A stretch of DNA of 64,000 bases from Bacteroidales bacterium (GTDB lineage Bacteria; Bacteroidota; Bacteroidia; Bacteroidales; VadinHA17), in contig JADGPU010000004.1 in the NCBI GenBank assembly GCA_017882305.1, positions 6,013 to 70,012 on the forward strand. The letters are read 5' to 3'. A model generated the notes under the pieces. It searched no databases, was not told the DNA's origin, and saw only the letters and a list, made by a program, of their open reading frames with translations. Positions 58,601-64,000 of the stretch are shown piece after piece (the first letter of the stretch is position 1; the number at the start of each line of letters is the position of its first letter). The translations under genes and the position numbers were made by a program.

Positions 58601-58744
58601 CTTGGCCCTCATCATAATAATCCAAGGCCCGGTTTCGTCTCTCCCTGGACGTGGAGAAATGTAAAATTTTATCCCTCGGGTAAAGAATACCAGATGCTGG
58701 ATTATGGTCTGTTCGAAGAGTTTACCCTTCTACATGGTATTTAG
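55610..58744 (+). CDS. Large glycoside hydrolase, GH106-like (family tentative)
   Basis: 1044 aa lipoprotein (LYACKK). N-terminal block FSDPPREYTTAPFFVWNGEIT...IWIYDENSYPSGFGGGHV resembles, from memory, the rhamnosidase-type GH106 family. Confidence 0.5.
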   Translation: MKSFRIFKPAALLIGFACIVILYACKKAVINEVKVPDFATLSSQFSDPPREYTTAPFFVWNGEITSDEIDKDLVSFKNAGSSQVFIHPRPGLITEYLSENWFKLYQHAVEKGKELGMNIWIYDENSYPSGFGGGHVPDEMPESYNQGQGLNMTKAEILPDTCNKYWLCLKEEDSVYTDITASLSDEKGKKGKYFLFSKTYNEKSDWYGGFSYVDLLYPGVTQKFIEVTMKGYEKYLGTEFGKTIPGTFTDEPQIESPGGIRWTPDLFDVFLKQWHYDLKTQLPSLYEETGDWKKIRHNYTQTLLQLFIDRWSKPWHSYCEAKDLKFTGHYWEHEWPNMRPGGDNMAMYAWSQVPAIDMLFNQWDDSSTNAQFGNIRSVKELASAANQTGRQRKLSETYGGSGWDLTFTGMKRNGDWEYALGVNLMNQHLTYFTLAGARKYDYPPTFDYHEPWWNNYKYLNTHYARLSVALSSGRQINDILILEPTTSAWLYDSYTQPDKKYAEIGQAFQTFISKLEKNQVEYDLGSENIIKDMGSVSNGKLVVGQAGYSRVVIPPLTENLDLNTYKLLEKFVSNGGRLIAFSVPTLVDGTTNEGLKELFNKKSDKIILIDKLTQETIHKYFYNTRLKFEGVTGGALYHHRRILTDGQLLFLVNSSLSEQLNGSLKTNGKGALEMNTLTGEVYGYPNQETGDDISISYSIPPAGSLLLFLPDTKMSDYSIPFRPQNYITVQRSTPLKVNRNEDNVLMIDFCDIEVGKEITKDLNTYNAADKVYKYYGFKNGNPWNTSVQFKTNIVDRDTFGLTTGFTATYHFPIKGKFDLSKIKAIVERPYLWTVIVNGIEVKPEDGKWWLDRSFGVFNIGTLIKTGDNTITLKTSPMKVHAEIEPVYVLGDFSVKSAEKGWDMEAPVAKYTAGSWKTQGLPFYSWGVSYSEEFNIENSDGKWEIALGNWSGTMAEVSVNGQHAPVIAFPPYHSDITGLIKPGINKIDVNVIGSLKNLLGPHHNNPRPGFVSPWTWRNVKFYPSGKEYQMLDYGLFEEFTLLHGI

Positions 58745-58777
58745 TAAGGTTTAGGAGGTCTCGTTCTTTTAATGATT

Positions 58778-58864
58778 GGTACTGGGTGCTCGGTGCTCGG
58801 TTTATGTAGGGACCAATATAATATCTGATTAATTTCCCAGGACCCAGTACCGAGGACCTAGCAC
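58778..58864. repeat. Imperfect inverted repeat built from NCTNGGT / CCNAGNA heptamers
   Basis: GGTACTGGGT GCTCGGT GCTCGG (58778-58800) against CCCAGGA CCCAGTA CCGAGGA CCTAGCA C (58836-58864). Two mutually exclusive long pairings are possible. Confidence 0.7.
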
Positions 58865-59094
58865 AATAATTTCAGATTTCTTCGAATATTCTTATATTAA
58901 CGCTACAATTAACTAAATATCAATATACTATTTTAGACCTATTGCAGGAATGAATTATTTTTCTACATTTGGAATAATTATTATTATGTTCCTTATATAA
59001 ATTCAGATAATTTAAGAATACCATAAATAGAAATGCATGGATGTTGTATAACCTTATACAACTCCAATGGAAACTAAACCTTAAATCAAAACCT

Positions 59095-60723
59095 ATGAGA
59101 AAACTTTTAATCTTTATTGCTTCTTTGTTCATTACCGGCAGTCTGCTTGCGGGCGGACTGGTTACCAACAATAACCAGAGTGCCATGTTCACGCGTTTAC
59201 AAAACCGAAATGCCTCAACAAGTATTGATGCTGCTTATTTCAATCCGGCAGGTTTAACCAGGCTTGGTAACGGATTGTTTGTTTCAATTAACAATCAGAC
59301 AATCACGCAAACACAAAAAGTAAAAAGTAATTATCAATATCTCATCGGTACTCCAAAAGAGTATGTCGGTAATGTAAGTGCACCTATCTTCCCGGGAGTT
59401 TATTTGGTATATAATACAGGGAAGCTGTCATTTTCTGCAGGATTTAATCCGATTGGAGGAGGTGGTGGAGCAAAATATAAAACAGGATTACCTTCTTTTG
59501 AAATGCAGGTTGCTAATATTCCTCCAAGTTTAACAGCACAGGGTATACCGACTACAGAATATACAGCAAATATATATTTTAAAGGCTCTTCAGCCTATTT
59601 AGGGTATCAGGCTAACATTGGCTATAAAATAAATGACATGCTTTCTATTGCTATAGGTGCGCGTCTGGTTTCTGTAACAAACAAATATAACGGGTATTTA
59701 AAAAATATAAGTATTAATCCAACCTACCCTGCTTTTGGAGCTGGATTTACCGGTGGAATGGTGCTCGCCAGTGATTTCTTTACTGCCGGCGCGACAACAC
59801 TTAGCACATTAGCTGCCGGAGCGACTGCATATGTTGCCGGATTGCAACCAATAATTTCCGGAGGTGCCGGATCTGTTCTTTTATCAAATGGAACATCTGT
59901 AGGTTTAAGCGCTTTACAAGTTGGCCAGATACAGCAGATAATTGGTGCTGCCGGTCAGAACCCTGCCGGATTAACCATTGCTCAGGCCCAGGGTATACTT
60001 GGAGCCGCTGCACCCGGATTTACTTCCAAAGCAGCCACTCTGGCTGCTAATGCTATAGGAACAATGGACATAAATGTAGATGCTTCAGAGCACGGAACAG
60101 GTATTACCCCAATTCTCAGCGCAAACTTTTCACCTTCCGAGAATCTGGATATTGCAGTTAAATATGAGTTCAAGACAGAGATTGATCTTAAAACAAAAGT
60201 CAACAATAATGAAGGTGGAGGAATTTTTATCGACGGGAAAGAACTTGTTGGCGATATGCCGGCAATGCTTTCTTTTGGAATAGATTATAAACCCATTAAA
60301 AAACTTTTGATTTCTGCAAGCTTGAATACATATTTTGATAAAGGTGTCGATTATGACGGCGATCCAAATGTAAATATAAATGAGATTGACAAAAACTTCC
60401 TTGAATACGGATTCGGTTTAGAATATGGTCTTACTGAGAAACTGCGCGTGAGTGCCGGTTGGTCGCACACTTCCACAGGTGTCAATCTCAACTATCAGAA
60501 TGATCAGACTTTCAGTACAAACACCAACTCAATAGGACTAGGTTTCGGTTACCGTATCACTCCAATGATTGATCTTAATTTAGGTTATCAAATCGCATAT
60601 TATGATGAGGGTACAAAGAACTATGAGCCCATTCTGCCTGGTAGTAATTCTTATTTCGAAAAATATAATAAATCAACATGGATTGTTGCTGCCGGACTTG
60701 ATTTTTATTTCGGGAAAAAATAA
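59095..60723 (+). CDS. FadL/OMPP1-like outer-membrane transport protein with a long Ala/Gly/Gln-rich insertion
   Basis: Start taken at MRKLLIFIASLFITGSLLA. The NQSAMFTRLQNRNASTSIDAAYFNPAGL opening is FadL-family-like, and the C-terminus is beta-barrel-like. Confidence 0.6.
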   Translation: MRKLLIFIASLFITGSLLAGGLVTNNNQSAMFTRLQNRNASTSIDAAYFNPAGLTRLGNGLFVSINNQTITQTQKVKSNYQYLIGTPKEYVGNVSAPIFPGVYLVYNTGKLSFSAGFNPIGGGGGAKYKTGLPSFEMQVANIPPSLTAQGIPTTEYTANIYFKGSSAYLGYQANIGYKINDMLSIAIGARLVSVTNKYNGYLKNISINPTYPAFGAGFTGGMVLASDFFTAGATTLSTLAAGATAYVAGLQPIISGGAGSVLLSNGTSVGLSALQVGQIQQIIGAAGQNPAGLTIAQAQGILGAAAPGFTSKAATLAANAIGTMDINVDASEHGTGITPILSANFSPSENLDIAVKYEFKTEIDLKTKVNNNEGGGIFIDGKELVGDMPAMLSFGIDYKPIKKLLISASLNTYFDKGVDYDGDPNVNINEIDKNFLEYGFGLEYGLTEKLRVSAGWSHTSTGVNLNYQNDQTFSTNTNSIGLGFGYRITPMIDLNLGYQIAYYDEGTKNYEPILPGSNSYFEKYNKSTWIVAAGLDFYFGKK

Positions 60724-60748
60724 CGGCATATAAATTAAGAAAATTCAG

Positions 60749-60779
60749 AGAGGCGGCATCCCACGATGCGGCCTCTTTT
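60749..60779 (+). terminator. Rho-independent terminator between convergent genes
   Basis: Stem AGAGGCGGCATC (60749-60760) / GATGCGGCCTCT (60765-60776), one mismatch, loop CCAC, then TTTT. Confidence 0.75.
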
Positions 60780-60780
60780 A

Positions 60781-61497
60781 TTAGTATATAATACCTTGTG
60801 AATTAAGATGTTTAATATATAATTCGTATCTGGGAACACCTGATAATTTCAACTTCGAGTACCATTCAGTAGCTTTTGGGATATTTGCAGTTTCTTTAGA
60901 AAGCTTAATAATATTTATATATAACATACCCTTTATTCCAGAGTTCTTACTATCAATTGCATTGGCAATTTTAATGAAACTCATTAATGCTTTAGCCGGT
61001 TCTTCATTTTCAGCAAGAACAGAAGCATCATCGATCTTTTTGTTAAGATCATTGTTAAGACAAACGCCATAGAAAGAAAAACAGTTTTCTGTACAATCTT
61101 CTATCAGATCAATCCATTGAGTATCCTTTTTTAAGGGTGGAAATGTCAGCTCAAAATTGAGCTTCTCGCCGATTGTTTTAAATTTATATGTCTCAGGACA
61201 AACCGGAATTCCTTTTGAAGAAGTCAGCTTGCTTCTTGTTCCATCGGGATAAATTATGAAGACGTTTTTATCTGCACAAAAGTAACCTTCTGTCCTCCTG
61301 TTCTCTATACTTAGGGAAATCACGGTTCTCTGTTCTGTAATTTCAACTTTTGAAATCTCAAGTGTCTCATGACTCTTAAGACCTATGTTTGGATGATTAC
61401 AGGTCTGCGAATTTATATTTTCAATACAAGTCATAAAAAAGAACAAAGCTGAAATTGTTATCTTCATTTTCATATTAATATTATTTAGAACCTGCAA
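60781..61497 (-). CDS. Secreted hypothetical protein
   Basis: 238 aa. The probable start is MKMKITISALFFFM. Cys-rich N-terminal half and helical C-terminal half. No family recognised. Confidence 0.5.
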   Translation of the reverse strand: MQVLNNINMKMKITISALFFFMTCIENINSQTCNHPNIGLKSHETLEISKVEITEQRTVISLSIENRRTEGYFCADKNVFIIYPDGTRSKLTSSKGIPVCPETYKFKTIGEKLNFELTFPPLKKDTQWIDLIEDCTENCFSFYGVCLNNDLNKKIDDASVLAENEEPAKALMSFIKIANAIDSKNSGIKGMLYINIIKLSKETANIPKATEWYSKLKLSGVPRYELYIKHLNSQGIIY

Positions 61498-61612
61498 TTT
61501 ATAAATTTATACTCCTCGATGATAAATAACTTTTTTTAAATCTGGATTAGGCTTCTTAAAATAACATTAAAACCAATGATATTCAGAAACTTATTCCAAA
61601 AGTTAACCAAAT

Positions 61613-61630
61613 TGTAACAATTAAGTAACA
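61613..61630 (+). promoter_or_regulatory. Pho-box-like direct repeat (TGTAACA-N4-AGTAACA)
   Basis: Two 7-nt half-sites with an 11-nt period, 32 nt upstream of the -7 box. The 12-mer TGTAACAATTAA recurs exactly at 61707-61718. Confidence 0.35.
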
Positions 61631-61661
61631 AAGAGCTGATAGTTATAACATTAAATGAAGT

Positions 61662-61669
61662 TAACTTTG
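61662..61669 (+). promoter_or_regulatory. -7 promoter box (TAACTTTG) upstream of phoU
   Basis: TAnnTTTG match 61 nt upstream of the phoU ATG. Confidence 0.4.
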
Positions 61670-61730
61670 CATCAAAATATTTTGTGCTTAAGGCGAAATA
61701 AGCTAATGTAACAATTAATTAATACAAGGG

Positions 61731-62444
61731 ATGAAAACAAAAAGAGAAGAATCAATACTCGATATTATTACGACATTTGAAGAGATGGCAGACATCATAC
61801 TTGCACAACTTAAGCTTCTTGAAAAGTACATGGATGAGAAAGGGGAGGAAGAGCGTGCCCTTATAAGATCAGAAATAGACATAAATGAGGATAGGATCGA
61901 TAAATACGAAGTCCTTGTCAGTGAAAAGTTTATTAATTCCATTATTCTTTATCAGCCTGTTGCTTCTGATATCCGTAAAGTAGTTGCTGTCTCCAGGATG
62001 TCTATCAATCTTGAAAGAATCGGAGATCGTGTGATCAATATTCTTAATTCAATTGATAATATAAAAGACTCTGTGGAATACAAAGCTATGATTGAGGTGC
62101 TCAACGTTATGTTATTGTCTGGGATTTCAATGGTTGAAAAAGCGTTGCTATCTTTTATAAACAACGATAATGAGTATGCAATCTGGACAATAAAAAATGA
62201 TGAAGTGGTTGACGACATGAATAGTAAACTACTGATAAACAGCATTTCGAAGGCAAAAGTTAGTGACAAAACAAAAGAGATGTTACTCAGTTACATCGAT
62301 CTGAAAAATATTATTACAAATCTGGAAAGAATTGCTGATCATGCCACGAATATTGCCGAAGCCTCAATATATTCAATACAGGGAACCGATATCAGACATT
62401 CCGGGCTGGATTCAACCCTGACAATTAATGATGAAAATAAATAA
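61731..62444 (+). CDS. phoU: Phosphate signalling complex protein PhoU
   Basis: 237 aa. Two PhoU repeats with ERIGDRVINI and ERIADHATNIAE. Confidence 0.85.
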   Translation: MKTKREESILDIITTFEEMADIILAQLKLLEKYMDEKGEEERALIRSEIDINEDRIDKYEVLVSEKFINSIILYQPVASDIRKVVAVSRMSINLERIGDRVINILNSIDNIKDSVEYKAMIEVLNVMLLSGISMVEKALLSFINNDNEYAIWTIKNDEVVDDMNSKLLINSISKAKVSDKTKEMLLSYIDLKNIITNLERIADHATNIAEASIYSIQGTDIRHSGLDSTLTINDENK

Positions 62445-62457
62445 AATCTGAACAATT

Positions 62458-63144
62458 ATGGAACTGAAAGGAAAACGGATTCTTATTGTGGATGATGAAG
62501 AGGATCTTTGCGAAATCCTTCAGTACAATCTCAGTAATGAAGACTATCAAACTGAAATTGCGCATTCTGCTGAAGAAGCACTGAAGAGGCCGCTTGGTAA
62601 CTTCGATCTTATACTTCTCGATGTCATGATGGGTCCTATGTCGGGGTTTAAGTTTGCCGACAAACTGAGAAAAGATTTGAAACTTGATATCCCTGTGATT
62701 TTTCTTACAGCAAAGGATACAGAGAATGATATTCTTACAGGATTCAGTCTCGGTGCTGACGACTATATCTCCAAACCATTCTCCGTTAATGAATTAACCG
62801 CTAGAGTAAAAGCAGTTTTAAAAAGATCTTATATTGAAAAAGTTGAAAGTAAAACCATTCTGCAATTCAATGGGATAGATCTGGATACTGTCCGTAAAAG
62901 ACTGATTATAAATGATGAACGTGTTGAGCTTACCAAAAAGGAATATGAAATTCTGAGAGTATTGCTTGAAAATCAGAGTAAGGTTTTTTCAAGGGAAGAT
63001 TTGCTTATGAGGATATGGGGACAGGATGTTATTGTCACAGAACGTACTGTTGATGTAAATATCACCAGACTAAGAACAAAACTCGGACAATATGGTTCCT
63101 GCCTAAAAAACAAGACAGGTTATGGTTATTTTTTTGAATTCTGA
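62458..63144 (+). CDS. OmpR/PhoB-type response regulator
   Basis: 228 aa. Receiver domain (ILIVDDEE...LLDVMMP) plus winged-helix output (RTVDVNITRLRTKL). Confidence 0.9.
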   Translation: MELKGKRILIVDDEEDLCEILQYNLSNEDYQTEIAHSAEEALKRPLGNFDLILLDVMMGPMSGFKFADKLRKDLKLDIPVIFLTAKDTENDILTGFSLGADDYISKPFSVNELTARVKAVLKRSYIEKVESKTILQFNGIDLDTVRKRLIINDERVELTKKEYEILRVLLENQSKVFSREDLLMRIWGQDVIVTERTVDVNITRLRTKLGQYGSCLKNKTGYGYFFEF

Positions 63145-63162
63145 TGAACTAATTTTTTAAAA

Positions 63163-64000
63163 ATGATCACAAGGAATAAGTTCAGAAATAATCTTTTCAT
63201 ATACTATTCATCAATATTTGTATTATTTACTCTACTGATATTAAGCTATCTCTACAAAAGAGAAAAAGAGTTCAGGATCTCAATTCTTAATGACGAGCTT
63301 GATAATGTTACAAAAGTTATTGACAATTATATAAAATCAAATTCCATTTTCGAAAAGGGGAATTGGATCCTTACGGATTCGATCGTAAGATTACTGCCAC
63401 AGGAAGAGCTGCGTGTAACTGTAGTCAGTCCCTCAGGAGAGGTCTGGTATGATAGTTCTGTACGGGACTGGAAGAAGATGGAGAACCATAAAACCAGGCC
63501 TGAGATAAACGAATCGCTCTATTCTGACTTTGGTAAGTCTATCCGGAAATCAGGGACGACCGGCAAGGATTATTATTATTATGCAAAATATTACAACAGG
63601 TATTATCTGAGAGCTGCCGTAGTTTATGATAAAAAAACTATCAATCTGCTTACAGTAAAAAAATATTTCTTCATTGTTATAATTCTCTCTTTCATTATAA
63701 TATGGATTGTATTACTGGCCGTCACAAATAAGTTTGGCAAGTCGATAGACCGGCTTAAAGATTTTGCTGTAAGGGTAGCTAATAATGAACCGTTTGATTC
63801 TGCATCAAAGTTTCCTAAAAATGAACTTGGAATCATTGGTGAAGAAATAATTGAGATTTATAACAAAATGCTTAAAACTCAAAATGATCTTTCGAATGAA
63901 AAAGAGAAACTCTTCAGTCATTTAAATGCATTAAATGAGGGAATAGCATTTTTTTCCAAGGATAAATTGAAGATTCTTACAAATAACCATTTCATTCAGT
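63163..64000 (+). CDS. Sensor histidine kinase, N-terminal part (runs off window end)
   Basis: My own translation from ATG 63163 gives [30 protein letters not shown]..., a periplasmic domain, a second TM ([20 protein letters not shown]), then a HAMP-like linker and the start of a PAS-like region ([12 protein letters not shown]). The frame is open to 64000. No stop lies in the window, so it is absent from the ORF track. Confidence 0.75.
   Translation, partial: MITRNKFRNNLFIYYSSIFVLFTLLILSYLYKREKEFRISILNDELDNVTKVIDNYIKSNSIFEKGNWILTDSIVRLLPQEELRVTVVSPSGEVWYDSSVRDWKKMENHKTRPEINESLYSDFGKSIRKSGTTGKDYYYYAKYYNRYYLRAAVVYDKKTINLLTVKKYFFIVIILSFIIIWIVLLAVTNKFGKSIDRLKDFAVRVANNEPFDSASKFPKNELGIIGEEIIEIYNKMLKTQNDLSNEKEKLFSHLNALNEGIAFFSKDKLKILTNNHFIQ

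Noticed and set aside
1-64000. Defence systems, prophage, integrative elements, toxin-antitoxin pairs, tRNA/rRNA genes
   Set aside because: I went through every ORF of 60 aa or more and every intergenic gap. I found no nuclease, methylase, ATPase, integrase or transposase signatures, and no tRNA-like sequences or rRNA. The only mobile-looking DNA is the set of short non-coding repeats reported above.

Overview
This 64-kb window looks like a low-GC Bacteroidota chromosome. Genes are preceded by TAnnTTTG -7 promoter boxes and lack Shine-Dalgarno sequences. Many products carry lipoprotein or TAT signals, and there is a CarboxypepD_reg-type TonB receptor. Layout: (i) 1-14.0 kb holds plant-glycan hydrolases (GH95, a GH51-like enzyme, GH51, GH27, GH2) plus a secreted amidohydrolase, a secreted xylose-isomerase-like TIM-barrel protein and a PAP2 phosphatase. 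(ii) 14.3-40.9 kb is an uninterrupted plus-strand block of 23 amino-acid biosynthesis genes in four tandem transcription units: ilvDBNC-leuACD-cimA-leuB, hisGDCBHAF-IE, pheA-aminotransferase-tyrA-DAHPsynthase/CM-aroA, and a lone trpB2. (iii) 40.9-64 kb holds accessory genes: a secreted NIPSNAP/DUF6807/TAT-Gfo-Idh-MocA cluster, a phosphotriesterase-like protein, a nucleotidase, an HGSNAT-like membrane protein, a beta-lactamase-fold hydrolase, GH43, a lipocalin plus TonB receptor pair, a large GH106-like hydrolase, a FadL-like porin, and phoU with an OmpR-type regulator and a sensor kinase. The strongest findings are regulatory. Each of the four amino-acid units is preceded by a promoter box, a short leader ORF enriched in the cognate amino acid(s) (IIVLILII; HHHFH; FFYFYFYF; WSW) and an intrinsic terminator. 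An alternative antiterminator pairing is readable for three of them and is complete (1:2, 2:3, 3:4) for the Trp leader. The second theme is a set of odd intergenic repeats that fill nearly every gap larger than 100 nt. These include a CTCTGTG/CACAGAG hairpin family phased at 10-11 nt (three loci), locus-specific tandem heptamer/octamer arrays, a C5/G5 three-stem element, and a MITE-like palindrome. I found no rRNA, tRNA, CRISPR, transposase, integrase, prophage or recognisable defence genes, and no convincing new multi-gene protein system. All family assignments come from motif recognition by eye, not database searches.
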